A stretch of 64,000 nucleotides of DNA, from IMG/VR virus record IMGVR_UViG_3300045988_156465; one strand, 5' to 3'. The DNA is from a virus. The notes below the pieces were generated by a model. The model did not search any database, was not told where the DNA came from, and saw only the letters and a list, made by a program, of their open reading frames with translations. A program made the translations under genes and the position numbers. Of the stretch, positions 50,380 to 59,878 are shown piece by piece (positions within the stretch are counted from its first letter, which is position 1; each line of letters starts with the position of its first letter).

Positions 50380-50643
50380 ATGCAAAAGAGGCAGGCGAAT
50401 ACTATGCTAAAATTAAAAAATATAAAAATAAATAATGGAATCATTTCTGCAGAGTATGACCCCGAAAATAGCGGTGTTTTAGGCTCGGTTTCTGTTGATA
50501 TTAAGAGTGGAGAGATAGTAGACAGCAGACTTTCTGAGTATGACAAGGATTTTCCTGTTTACCTCGGTCATGCGGTTGCCTGTTTGGAAAAATTAGCGTT
50601 GCAGGATAGTGTGCCGGAGGAAAAGACGGTCATGTGGTACTGA
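50380..50643 (+). CDS. hypothetical protein
   Basis: ORF in track, with an alternative ATG at 50404 (MLKLKNIKINNGIISAEYDPE...). Confidence 0.5.
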   Translation: MQKRQANTMLKLKNIKINNGIISAEYDPENSGVLGSVSVDIKSGEIVDSRLSEYDKDFPVYLGHAVACLEKLALQDSVPEEKTVMWY

Positions 50644-50773
50644 GTGTTGGACTGGAGGGATGAGTATGTATCATTATACAATATGCAATGTTCCCGATGA
50701 AGAACTGTTTTATAAACAATGCGTGGCATTGGAAAAGAATGTAAGGACTTTATTTTTGAAAGGGTGAAATAAG

Positions 50774-50962
50774 ATGTCCTACGAAGAAGAAAAAAATGCT
50801 TTGAAAGAAGAATTCGATGTGAAATTTGCGGCTCTTGCAAAGGAAGAAGATGCAGCAATGATAAGAGGGCTTGATTCAGAATATGACGTGAAAAGAAAAA
50901 TGATGATGCGAGAAGAAAACAAACGATTGAAAGCATTGAAAGAAAAGTACGGTATCAAGTAA
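50774..50962 (+). CDS. charged coiled-coil hypothetical protein
   Basis: 62-aa ORF with GGGTGA RBS. Confidence 0.45.
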   Translation: MSYEEEKNALKEEFDVKFAALAKEEDAAMIRGLDSEYDVKRKMMMREENKRLKALKEKYGIK

Positions 50963-51073
50963 GCACTTGCCATTTTTGGTAGGTGCTTTTTGATTGCCCG
51001 GAATGGCGAAAAACTATCAAGGCGTGCGGAAAGAACCGTGAGAACAAACTGAAAGCTGAAAGGAGAACGAAGA

Positions 51074-51652
51074 ATGAAAAGAGAGGACATTAAGAAATTT
51101 TTCCCCGATGCCACAGAGGAACAGCTGAAGGGCTTACTGGACATCAACACAGCCGACATCGGCAAGGCAAAGGGAGAGTTTGAAGCAGTGAAGACGGACT
51201 TGGAGAAAGCCAACGGCACCCTCAATGAATACGAAACCACCATTGCAGACCTGAAAAAATCCGCAGAAGGCAACGAGGATTTCAAGAAGAAATTCGAGGA
51301 TTTGGAACAGCGGATTGCGGACGAGAAAGCCGAGGCGGAGAAGAAAGCAAAGGAAGAAGCGGAAGAAGCCGAATATTCCAACCGCTTCAAGACGGTGGTC
51401 GGGGAGCAGAAATGGCGGGACGAGCTGACGGAAAAGGCAGTCTACGCCGAATTTAAAACCGCTTTGCAGGATGAAGCAAACAAGGGCAAGGGGGACAAGG
51501 ATATTCTGGCGGCTCTGACGCAGGACAAGGAATATTTCGCAAAAGACCCTGCAAGAGTGCCTGCCTTCTCCAGAGGGACAGGCTTTGCAGGCGGCGAGGT
51601 GGACGATGCGGCAGTCAGAGCGGCAATGGGCTTATCCCCGAAGAAGGACTAA
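51074..51652 (+). CDS. scaffolding protein
   Basis: 192 aa, Glu/Lys-rich helical protein immediately upstream of the capsid gene. AAAGGAG RBS. Confidence 0.7.
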   Translation: MKREDIKKFFPDATEEQLKGLLDINTADIGKAKGEFEAVKTDLEKANGTLNEYETTIADLKKSAEGNEDFKKKFEDLEQRIADEKAEAEKKAKEEAEEAEYSNRFKTVVGEQKWRDELTEKAVYAEFKTALQDEANKGKGDKDILAALTQDKEYFAKDPARVPAFSRGTGFAGGEVDDAAVRAAMGLSPKKD

Positions 51653-51677
51653 GGAAAATCGAAAGGAGAAATAAAAC

Positions 51678-52571
51678 ATGGCGAACAGCATTACACTTTT
51701 CAAAAAATACATTGACCTGCTGGACGAGGTCTATCAGAATGCGTCCGTTACCTCTGCGCTGGACGGCGATATGACACTGGTGCAGATGGGCGCGAACACA
51801 AACGAAATCGTGATTCCCAAAATCAGCATGGATGGTCTGGCGGATTATGACCGCAACGGCGGCTATGTGCATGGGGATGTGACACTGACGAATGAAACCG
51901 TCAAATTCAATTATGACCGTGGCAGAAAATTTACGGTCGATGCCATGGACAACGAGGAAACCGCAGGGCTTGCCTTCGGGAAGCTGGCGGCGGAATTCAT
52001 CCGCACAAAAGTGGTACCTGAAATGGATGCCTTCCGCTTTGCGACCTACGCAGGCACAACAGGCATTTCCAAGGCAACCGCAGACACACTGGCGGACGGT
52101 GCGGCAGTTCTGGCGGCTCTGGTGGCGGCGCAGAACAAAATGGACGAGGACGAGGTACCGCAGGAAAACAGACATTTGTTTATTACACCTACCCTCTACA
52201 ACATGATTTACGCGGTCGATACCACGAAATCCAAAGAGGTGCTGAATTCCTTTGCATCCATTCAGAAGGTGCCCCAGACCCGTTTCTATACCGCCATTGA
52301 CCTGTATGACGGCAAGACGGACAACAGCGGCGCAAGCGGTGCGAATGAGAAGGTCGGCGGCTTTGTGAAGGCAAGCACAGGCAAGGAAATTAACTTCATG
52401 GTCATTCATAAGCCTGCACTGCTGCAGTATCCCAAGCATACGGTCAACAAGGTTATCTCTCCCGATGCAAATCAGGATAGTGACGGCTGGCTGTTCTTCT
52501 ATAGAGCATACGGTCTGGCGGATGTATACGAAAACAAGGTTGCAGGGATTTATCTGCACCATAAAGCGTAA
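51678..52571 (+). CDS. major capsid protein
   Basis: 297 aa with AAAGGAG RBS, after the scaffold gene. N-terminus MANSITLFKKYIDLLDEVYQ. Confidence 0.75.
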   Translation: MANSITLFKKYIDLLDEVYQNASVTSALDGDMTLVQMGANTNEIVIPKISMDGLADYDRNGGYVHGDVTLTNETVKFNYDRGRKFTVDAMDNEETAGLAFGKLAAEFIRTKVVPEMDAFRFATYAGTTGISKATADTLADGAAVLAALVAAQNKMDEDEVPQENRHLFITPTLYNMIYAVDTTKSKEVLNSFASIQKVPQTRFYTAIDLYDGKTDNSGASGANEKVGGFVKASTGKEINFMVIHKPALLQYPKHTVNKVISPDANQDSDGWLFFYRAYGLADVYENKVAGIYLHHKA

Positions 52572-52584
52572 GGAGGGAAGGCGT

Positions 52585-52719
52585 ATGGCGAAAACAGTAG
52601 GCATGGGCGCAAAACAGCCCGAAACGGCGGAAAACAAGGAAATCGCAAAGCTGAAAAAGGAAAATGCCGCACTGAAAAAGGAGCTTGCGGCTCTGAAGAA
52701 GGAGCAGGAAAAGCAGTAA
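52585..52719 (+). CDS. 44-aa coiled-coil protein
   Basis: AAGGAGGGAAGG RBS. Product MAKTVGMGAKQPETAENKEIAKLKKENAALKKELAALKKEQEKQ. Confidence 0.5.
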   Translation: MAKTVGMGAKQPETAENKEIAKLKKENAALKKELAALKKEQEKQ

Positions 52720-52732
52720 AGGGGGAAAACGC

Positions 52733-53434
52733 ATGATTTATGCGGATTTTTCGTATTACAAAGACACCTATTGCGGCGAAATGGCGGAGGGAGACTTTAA
52801 GCGTCTCTCCCGTTCCGCCTCTGCGTATCTGGACAGCATAACTTTTGACCGTATTCCATCCGTTACAGATGAGAAAATCAAGGAGAGGGTCAAAGAGGCG
52901 TGCTGTGCGGTGGCGGATGTGCTTTTGCAGAAGGAGCAGAGGGACGGCATTGCATCGGAAACGAATGACGGCATTTCTGTTACCTACACAACCGAAGGCA
53001 GTACGGACGAACAACGGCTTTACCGCGCGGCGGTGCTGTATCTTAGCAATACAGGGCTGTTGTATCGGGGGGGTGGAGTGATGCTTGCATGTACGGAAAC
53101 GATTACGCATATCCGGCTGCGGTATGACAGGAAAACGGATACGGATGCATATATCTGCACTGCGATTCATGGTGTGAGTTGGTTCGGCAAGCTGATTGCT
53201 ACGCCGGAAAACAAAGGCTTGACGGGTGCGGCGAAGATTACCGTCCGTATTCCGGAGGATGCCATGCCCGATATTACCATCCGAAACGGAGATTTTATCG
53301 TGCGTGGTGCGGTGGATGCCATCGAAAAACAGGCAGACTTGAAGGGACTGGAATACTTTACGGTACTTTCTGTCGGGGATAACCGCAGGAGCAGGCGGAA
53401 GGACTTACGGCATTGGGTGGTGAGCGGCGCATGA
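52733..53434 (+). CDS. head-tail connector ORF that runs in frame into the next head-closure-like gene (233 aa)
   Basis: The first approx 115 aa end ..TGLLYRGGGV, a typical connector C-terminus. ATG 53081 opens MLACTETITHIRL.. in the same frame. A G7 run at 53067-53073 sits at the junction. Confidence 0.65.
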   Translation: MIYADFSYYKDTYCGEMAEGDFKRLSRSASAYLDSITFDRIPSVTDEKIKERVKEACCAVADVLLQKEQRDGIASETNDGISVTYTTEGSTDEQRLYRAAVLYLSNTGLLYRGGGVMLACTETITHIRLRYDRKTDTDAYICTAIHGVSWFGKLIATPENKGLTGAAKITVRIPEDAMPDITIRNGDFIVRGAVDAIEKQADLKGLEYFTVLSVGDNRRSRRKDLRHWVVSGA

Positions 53435-53820
53435 AATTAGACTATGAGGTTAATATCAGCACAGCGAAAATCCTGCGGAGGTATGGTCTGGGCGAGGATA
53501 AGGCGGCACAACGCTTTCTGGCGGAGGATGTGGAGCGGAAATGTCAGCCCTATGTGCCGATGTCGGCAGGCAGTGCCGCCCACATGGTAAACGCCGCAAG
53601 AGTGACGGCGGACAGCATCATCTATCCCGGGCCGTATGCGCATTATCAGTATGTCGGCGAGGTGATGGCAGGGCGTGCCCCTAAGCATTACACCGGACAG
53701 CCGCTGACCTATCATGGCGGTGCATTGCGTGGCAAGCAGTGGGATAAGCGGATGATGGCAGACCATGGCAAGGAAGTCGAGAAGGATTTGGAAGGGTATC
53801 TGAAAGGACGGGGCAAATGA
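53431..53820 (+). CDS. head-tail joining / minor capsid-type protein
   Basis: 129 aa. ATGA overlap. Called on position. Confidence 0.6.
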   Translation: MKLDYEVNISTAKILRRYGLGEDKAAQRFLAEDVERKCQPYVPMSAGSAAHMVNAARVTADSIIYPGPYAHYQYVGEVMAGRAPKHYTGQPLTYHGGALRGKQWDKRMMADHGKEVEKDLEGYLKGRGK

Positions 53821-54239
53821 AGAACATCATGGAAGAAGTACGGAAGTTTCTGCGTACCTATCCGCCGCTTGCGGAAGGAAAGCTGCACGTGGATTTTCTG
53901 CCGGAGGAGGCACAGAGCTATTCGGTTGAGGCTGTGCCTGCAAAGGAGATTGTGCGTTCCTATGTGGACGGCTCAACGGTGCGGCAGTTTTTATTTGTGG
54001 TGGCAAGCAGAGAATTTTTCGGGGATAAAATCAGACAGCAGCTGGATAACCTCAGCTTTTACGGTGATTTCTCCGAATGGCTGCGGGAACAGACCATGGC
54101 AGGCAAGCTCCCCAATCTGGGCGAGGGCAGGAAGGTCATGCTGATGGAGGCAACCACAAGCGGCTATGCCATGTCGGCAGAGGCAAGCATGGCGAGATAC
54201 CAGATTCAGTGCAGAATGGAATTTTTTCAGACAAGATAA
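53817..54239 (+). CDS. tail completion/head-tail joining protein
   Basis: 140 aa. ATGA overlap. It lies upstream of the major tail gene. Confidence 0.55.
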   Translation: MKNIMEEVRKFLRTYPPLAEGKLHVDFLPEEAQSYSVEAVPAKEIVRSYVDGSTVRQFLFVVASREFFGDKIRQQLDNLSFYGDFSEWLREQTMAGKLPNLGEGRKVMLMEATTSGYAMSAEASMARYQIQCRMEFFQTR

Positions 54240-54253
54240 GGAGTGAAAACAAT

Positions 54254-54742
54254 ATGGATGCAGTAATGAGATATCAGGTGGCGGATTATCTGAACACGGC
54301 AAAAAGCGGAACGGAAAGCTTTGCGCTGATGGGGGTTGGGTTTAATACCTTGGACGAATCCCCCAACGCACAGAAGGATTCCAAAACATACATCAATCAG
54401 AAATCCCAGACCTCTACGATTAAAAGCTATCAGCCTGCGTTTGCGTTTGATTCGGACTTGATTGCGGACGAGGCGGCAGTGATGGCACTGTATGAAATCG
54501 GCAGAAATCAGCTGACGGGCGCGGATGCCGAAAGGGACTATGTGAGAGTGGAGCTGTTCAAGCCTGTGGCGGAAACACCGAATACCTTTGAAGCGAGAAA
54601 ATTTAAGGTTGCGGTTGAGGTTTCCTCTATCTCCGGCGAGGGCGGCGGCGTGATGAAGGTAACGGGCAATCTGAACGGTGTAGGGGATTTCGTGGACGGC
54701 ACGTTTAACACAGAAACCAAAAAATTTACACCGGCAGAATAA
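54254..54742 (+). CDS. major tail protein
   Basis: 162 aa with AAGGAGTG RBS. It lies between the connectors and the chaperones. Confidence 0.7.
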   Translation: MDAVMRYQVADYLNTAKSGTESFALMGVGFNTLDESPNAQKDSKTYINQKSQTSTIKSYQPAFAFDSDLIADEAAVMALYEIGRNQLTGADAERDYVRVELFKPVAETPNTFEARKFKVAVEVSSISGEGGGVMKVTGNLNGVGDFVDGTFNTETKKFTPAE

Positions 54743-54763
54743 GGAAAGAAGGAGGAAAAAGAG

Positions 54764-55198
54764 ATGGGAAAATTTGAATTTCGCAAGCATGGGATTTTGC
54801 TTGATATCGAAGGGGTGCAGGTGACGGTACCCGCTACGGTAGAATATGCAAAAAGGCTGGAGGACGCAGGCGAGAAAATGAGAGCCTTCGGCGCACAGTT
54901 GAAGGAAGAAAAGGATGTCGAAAAGGGGATTGATTTCATGCTTGACATTCTGGATGACCTGCTGGGCGAGGATACGATGGATGCCATTACGGCGGAGAGG
55001 GATGTGGATATTTATGATTGTCTGGATCTGGTGATGTATATTTCCCAAGAGGTGCAGACCTACCACGCAGAACGGGCAAACAGCTACAAGAAGCCTGTCC
55101 CCCGAAGCACACAGCCCTCTGCCCCCATGGCACAGGCGGCGGTTGAAAACAGAGCCGCACGCAGAGCCAGAGAACGCGCGGAAAGAAGAAAGAAATGA
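54764..55198 (+). CDS. tail assembly chaperone
   Basis: 144 aa with AAGGAGG RBS. Called on position. Confidence 0.6.
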   Translation: MGKFEFRKHGILLDIEGVQVTVPATVEYAKRLEDAGEKMRAFGAQLKEEKDVEKGIDFMLDILDDLLGEDTMDAITAERDVDIYDCLDLVMYISQEVQTYHAERANSYKKPVPRSTQPSAPMAQAAVENRAARRARERAERRKK

Positions 55199-55815
55199 AA
55201 GAACTGCTGACAGGAAATTTGCCTGACTCTTTTTTGATTGGCGGCAGGGAATATCACATCTCCTCTGATTTTCGGGCAATGCTGAGATTGGAGGAGATTT
55301 TTTCCGCCGAGGAGCTGACGGATGAGGAAAAGGCGGAACGGGCGTTGAAGCTGTTTTATGGCTGCATCCCCGAACCGCTGGAGGAGGCGGTAGATCGGCT
55401 GTGCTATTTCTGGGGCTGCGGCAGGCAGGAGAAAAAGAGACACGAGAAAGCCGCAGGAGCGGATTTTTACCAACCGCCGATTTATTCCTTTACCCATGAC
55501 GCAGGGCTGATTTATGGGGCGTTTCTGACGCAGTACGGCATTGATTTAAGCCGAAAAAGCCTGCATTGGTGGCAGTTTATGGCACTGTTTGAGGCTTTGG
55601 AGGAGGACAGGGTGCTGAAAGAGGTCATGCGGTGCAGAGCGGTGGAAATCAAGGGGGATATGCCGCAGGCGCAGAAGGATTACTATAACGCCATGAAACG
55701 CAGATATGCCCTGCCTCTGCCTGAGCAGGAGAAAAGACAGCAGTCTGCCCTTGTCGCGGCACTGATGGGGGATGGCAAGGTGGATGAGGTGATGGCGTGC
55801 ATGAAGAAAAAGTAA
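55195..55815 (+). CDS. Gp15-like tail assembly protein
   Basis: GGREYHISSDFRAMLRLEEIF...THDAGLIYGAFLTQYGIDL...WWQFMALF resembles the phage Gp15 family. Confidence 0.65.
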   Translation: MKELLTGNLPDSFLIGGREYHISSDFRAMLRLEEIFSAEELTDEEKAERALKLFYGCIPEPLEEAVDRLCYFWGCGRQEKKRHEKAAGADFYQPPIYSFTHDAGLIYGAFLTQYGIDLSRKSLHWWQFMALFEALEEDRVLKEVMRCRAVEIKGDMPQAQKDYYNAMKRRYALPLPEQEKRQQSALVAALMGDGKVDEVMACMKKK

Positions 55816-55952
55816 AATGCCCCTACTGCGGCTATGAAATGCCTGTTACATACAGTAAGGATGCTGTGTGCAAGGGGCTTTTTTTACGCTGTAAGGGGCG
55901 AAGGTGCAAAAGAATATTTGAAATTGAGATAAACGTGAAAAACATCAAGTAG
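55797..55952 (+). CDS. 51-aa four-Cys zinc-ribbon ORF
   Basis: GTG start. Product VHEEKVKCPYCGYEMPVTYSKDAVCKGLFLRCKGRRCKRIFEIEINVKNIK, read by eye. Confidence 0.4.
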   Translation: MHEEKVKCPYCGYEMPVTYSKDAVCKGLFLRCKGRRCKRIFEIEINVKNIK

Positions 55953-55966
55953 AGCCTGAGCTGCCG

Positions 55967-58891
55967 ATGATGTTCCCTACGGAGGTGGGACTATTGGCAG
56001 AAGACGGCTCTGTTGTAATTAAAATCAAGGGCGATGACAGCCCATTTCAAAAGGTACTGGGAAAAATCGGCAGTGCGGTAAATACGGCTGTAAAGGCGAG
56101 TGCTGCGGCAGTCGGTGCGGCATCTGCAGGCGTTGCGGCTCTGGGGACTGCGTGCATCAATGCCTATGCGGACTATGAACAGCTGGTCGGCGGCGTGGAA
56201 ACGCTGTTCAAGGACAGCGCGGACACGATTCAGACCTATGCGGATAATGCGTATAAAACCGCGGGTCTGTCCGCAAATGAATATATGGAAACCGTTACGA
56301 GCTTTTCGGCAAGCCTGCTGCAAAGTCTGGATGGTGATACGGAAAAGGCGGCTGCGGCGGCAGACCTTGCCATTACGGATATGGCGGATAACGCCAATAA
56401 GATGGGTACTGCAATGGAATCCATCCAGAACGCCTATCAGGGCTTTGCCAAGCAGAACTATACCATGCTCGATAACCTCAAGCTCGGCTATGGCGGCACG
56501 AAAGAGGAAATGCAGCGCTTGCTTGCGGATGCGGAAAAGCTCAGCGGTGTGAAATATGACCTTTCTTCCTATGCCGACATTGTAGAGGCAATCCATGTGA
56601 TTCAGACGGAAATGGGCATCACAGGCACAACGGCGAAGGAGGCAAGCACCACCATTCAAGGCAGTGTTGCCAGCATGAAAGCCGCATGGGCGAACCTGAT
56701 GGTCGGCATGGCGGATGATACGCAGGATTTCGATTTGCTGTTAAGCAATTTCATTGAAAGCATCGGCACGGTGGCGGATAACCTTCTGCCCCGTATCGGC
56801 ATTGTGATTGAAGGCATGGGAAAACTCGTTGCAGGCTTAGCACCGGAGATTGCATCTGCATTGCCGACATTGACGAATGAACTGCTGCCGAATCTGGTGG
56901 AATTGGGGGTGCAGTCCATCAGCGCACTGGTGCAGGGCATACAGGAGAACGGAGACAGCCTTGCGGCAGGGGCATTATCCATTGTGGGTACACTTGCGGA
57001 GGGCATTGCGGAGCTGCTTCCGATGGTTGCGGATACGACGGCAAGCCTTGTGGTTTCTCTGGCAGATGGGCTGACGGAAAGCCTGCCCGATATCATCCCT
57101 ATTGCAATTGAAACGATTTCGACACTGGTAGAAAATCTGACGGAAAACGCCAATACCATCATCGATGCAGGAATTCAGATTATCCTTGCATTGGGCGAGG
57201 GGCTGATTGCTGCCCTTCCGCAGCTGATTGAAACCGTACCGCAGATTGTCATCAATATTGCGAATGTTATCAATGACAATGCGCCCAAGCTGGTGGATAC
57301 AGCACTGTATCTCATCACAAGGCTTGCGGTGGGTCTGGTGCAGGCAATTCCTACACTGGTTGCCAATATCCCGAAAATCATTGAAGCAATCGTGGCTGCG
57401 TTCATGGCGTTCCAGTGGCTGAATCTGGGGAAACAGCTGATTGACGGGGTTGCAAACGGCGTGAAAAAAGCCGGAGAATCCATGGCAACGGCGGCGAAGA
57501 ACGCCTTCTCCAAGTTTAAATCCAAGATTACGGGCAGTGAGGTCGCAACCGAGCTGAAGAACATCGGGAAGTACATCATTGACGGCATTGTCGGCGGCAT
57601 CAAAAACAGCCTGTCAAAGATTGCAAATATTGCCGGAAAGATAAAGGACACTCTGCTTTCCAAGCTGAAGGGACTGTTTCGGATTGCATCCCCTTCCAAG
57701 CTGATGAAGGAGGAGGTCGGCGCATATATCGGCGAGGGTATCGCTGTCGGTATCGAGGAAAGCGGACAGATGGCGGTGGATGCCGCGGAGGATGTGGCGG
57801 ATAAGATTGCAGATACGCTGACACAGAAACGTGACAGCCTGCAAAGCAAGCTTGCCGATTACGGAGAGTTATTCGAGCGTGTGAAAACGGAGGACGGCAA
57901 GGAGCTGTTCCAGTTGGGCAACCTCAAGGATGACATCAAGCAGTTGGAAAAATACGGGGATGCCATCGACAAGCTGAAAGAAAAAGGCATTTCTGACAGC
58001 CTGATGAGCGAGATTGCCGGCATGGGTGTCGGGGATGCACTTGATTACATGAACAAGCTGCTTTCCATGTCTGACACGAAACTGGATGAGTATGTTTCTC
58101 TGTTTGAGCAGAAGCAACAGATGGCGCAGGGCGTTGCGGAAAAATTCTACAAGGGCGAATTTGATGCCATGGAGAAAGCCTACACCGGACAGCTGCCGGA
58201 GTTTCTGGCAGGCGTGAAAACTGAGCTTTCCAACGTAGGCACAGCGGTATCCGAAAGTATGCAGGCAGTCAGCGCGGAGGGTGTTTCCGAAGGGATTGCG
58301 GAGCAGCAGCCCCTTGTTGCAGAGCAGGCAAAGCAGCTGACTGAAACAGCGAAGGAAGAAATCGCAGGCTACCAGACGGATTTTAAAGCCGTTGGGGAAA
58401 GCCTGATGGAAGGCGTTGCAAAGGGCGTGCGTGATGGGCAAAGCGGCGTTGTTAATGCAGTTGCAAAGGCATTACAGGCGGCGGTGCGTGCGGCGAAAAA
58501 GGAAATGGACATCAACAGTCCTTCTCGTGTGATGGCGAAAATCGGCGATTACATGGCGCAGGGTGTCGGCGTAGGTTGGTCTGACCGCATGGACAGTGTT
58601 TCGGATACCATCAGCGGCAGCCTGTCCGATGGGTTCAGCCGCAGAATGTCCGATGCGTATGAGAAAATGCGTGCCGCTATGAACCAGAACATGGTGCGCC
58701 TGCGTGGGGATATTGCCGTTCAGCGCGGTGGAGATACGTCCTATATCACAAAGACGGTCAATCATACAGAAGGAAATACGGTGCTGCAGATTGAGCATTT
58801 CCATAATGACAGCAAGGAGGCAGTGCCGAGTCTGATGCAGGAGATGGAATTTTCCCGCAGACGCAGAGCCATGGCAAAGGGAGGTGCATAA
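55967..58891 (+). CDS. tail tape measure protein
   Basis: 974 aa, Ala/Gly/Leu-rich helical repeats, downstream of the chaperones. The start may be the TTG near 55994. Confidence 0.85.
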   Translation: MMFPTEVGLLAEDGSVVIKIKGDDSPFQKVLGKIGSAVNTAVKASAAAVGAASAGVAALGTACINAYADYEQLVGGVETLFKDSADTIQTYADNAYKTAGLSANEYMETVTSFSASLLQSLDGDTEKAAAAADLAITDMADNANKMGTAMESIQNAYQGFAKQNYTMLDNLKLGYGGTKEEMQRLLADAEKLSGVKYDLSSYADIVEAIHVIQTEMGITGTTAKEASTTIQGSVASMKAAWANLMVGMADDTQDFDLLLSNFIESIGTVADNLLPRIGIVIEGMGKLVAGLAPEIASALPTLTNELLPNLVELGVQSISALVQGIQENGDSLAAGALSIVGTLAEGIAELLPMVADTTASLVVSLADGLTESLPDIIPIAIETISTLVENLTENANTIIDAGIQIILALGEGLIAALPQLIETVPQIVINIANVINDNAPKLVDTALYLITRLAVGLVQAIPTLVANIPKIIEAIVAAFMAFQWLNLGKQLIDGVANGVKKAGESMATAAKNAFSKFKSKITGSEVATELKNIGKYIIDGIVGGIKNSLSKIANIAGKIKDTLLSKLKGLFRIASPSKLMKEEVGAYIGEGIAVGIEESGQMAVDAAEDVADKIADTLTQKRDSLQSKLADYGELFERVKTEDGKELFQLGNLKDDIKQLEKYGDAIDKLKEKGISDSLMSEIAGMGVGDALDYMNKLLSMSDTKLDEYVSLFEQKQQMAQGVAEKFYKGEFDAMEKAYTGQLPEFLAGVKTELSNVGTAVSESMQAVSAEGVSEGIAEQQPLVAEQAKQLTETAKEEIAGYQTDFKAVGESLMEGVAKGVRDGQSGVVNAVAKALQAAVRAAKKEMDINSPSRVMAKIGDYMAQGVGVGWSDRMDSVSDTISGSLSDGFSRRMSDAYEKMRAAMNQNMVRLRGDIAVQRGGDTSYITKTVNHTEGNTVLQIEHFHNDSKEAVPSLMQEMEFSRRRRAMAKGGA

Positions 58892-59581
58892 ATGGGTTGG
58901 TTTCATTTTAAAGGAAAGGATAGCCGAGACTTCGGGATTCTGATTTCCGCCGCGCCCGAAAAGGTGAGAGCAGAACGGCGTGTGGAGCAGGTTACCATCC
59001 CCGGCAGAAGCGGGGAGCTGACAATGGACGAAGGGACGTATGCGCCGTATGTGCTTTCGGTGGAGTGCAGCACCAGAGGAAGTGAAAATCTGGATGAAAT
59101 ACTGGCGTGGTTGGACGGTGCAGGGGAGCTGATTCTCTGCACCGAGCCGGATAAGGTCTTTCGGGCATCCATCTATAACAAGATTTCTGTTGCGGATATG
59201 ATTTATCTCTATAACAGCTTTCTGCTGCAGTTTCGGGTGCAGCCCTTCAAGTACAGCGTCAATGCCGCAGGGGATGCTTTGGAGCTGACCGCTCCGACCA
59301 CCATCCGCAACAGTGGTACGGCATACAGCGAGCCTTTGATTACGGTTTACGGCAGTGGGAATATTACGCTGAGCATCAACGGCAATTCCTACCCTTTGCG
59401 GAATGTGCAGGAAAGCATTACCATTGACAGTGAAATGATGGAGGTATTTAAGGGGAACACCAACCAAAACGGCAAATACGGCGGTGTGGAGTTTCCGAGA
59501 TTTGAGGTCGGGAAAAACGAAATCAGTTGGACGGGGAATGTCAGCAAAATAAAAATACAGCCCCGTTGGAGATGGCTGTAG
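58892..59581 (+). CDS. distal tail protein (Dit)
   Basis: 229 aa directly after the tape measure gene. MGWFHFKGKDSRDFGILI...VTIPGRSGE. Confidence 0.75.
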   Translation: MGWFHFKGKDSRDFGILISAAPEKVRAERRVEQVTIPGRSGELTMDEGTYAPYVLSVECSTRGSENLDEILAWLDGAGELILCTEPDKVFRASIYNKISVADMIYLYNSFLLQFRVQPFKYSVNAAGDALELTAPTTIRNSGTAYSEPLITVYGSGNITLSINGNSYPLRNVQESITIDSEMMEVFKGNTNQNGKYGGVEFPRFEVGKNEISWTGNVSKIKIQPRWRWL

Positions 59582-59666
59582 TTGTCGAAAAATGAAATGT
59601 ATGGTATGCTGTAAGCGAGGATTATCGCTTGGCGGTTCAGTCACTCTCTGAAAAGGGGGTGATGCT

Positions 59667-59750
59667 ATGAATTGTGTTACATATTCGGATTTATTTCAAT
59701 TCGGTATGCTCATCGTAGCTATTATCGCCCTGTGTAAAAACAGGGGATAA
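59667..59750 (+). CDS. 27-aa hydrophobic holin-like toxin candidate
   Basis: GGGGGTG RBS. Product MNCVTYSDLFQFGMLIVAIIALCKNRG. It has its own promoter-like TTGTCG-17-TATGCT at 59582-59610. Confidence 0.55.
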   Translation: MNCVTYSDLFQFGMLIVAIIALCKNRG

Positions 59751-59751
59751 A

Positions 59752-59838
59752 TAAAAATTGACCGCCTAACAGAAGTTAGACGGTCTTTCCAAAACCATTC
59801 GGACTGACCGCCCTTCCAAAAGCGGTAATCCTTTTCTT
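59752..59838 (-). ncRNA. predicted antisense small RNA (type I antitoxin candidate)
   Basis: Minus-strand promoter TTGACA (59873-59868)-17 nt-TATCAT (59850-45). Minus-strand terminator GACCGTCTAAC TTCT GTTAGGCGGTC plus AATTTTTATTT ends near 59750. Confidence 0.5.
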
Positions 59839-59878
59839 ATATTTATGATAACAAAAGAAAGATATTCTGTCAAGAAAG

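Noticed and set aside
54764-55815. Programmed -1 frameshift between the two tail chaperone genes (G/GT type).
   Set aside because: The two ORFs are joined by a simple ATGA stop/start overlap. The second has its own start, and no slippery heptamer is evident.
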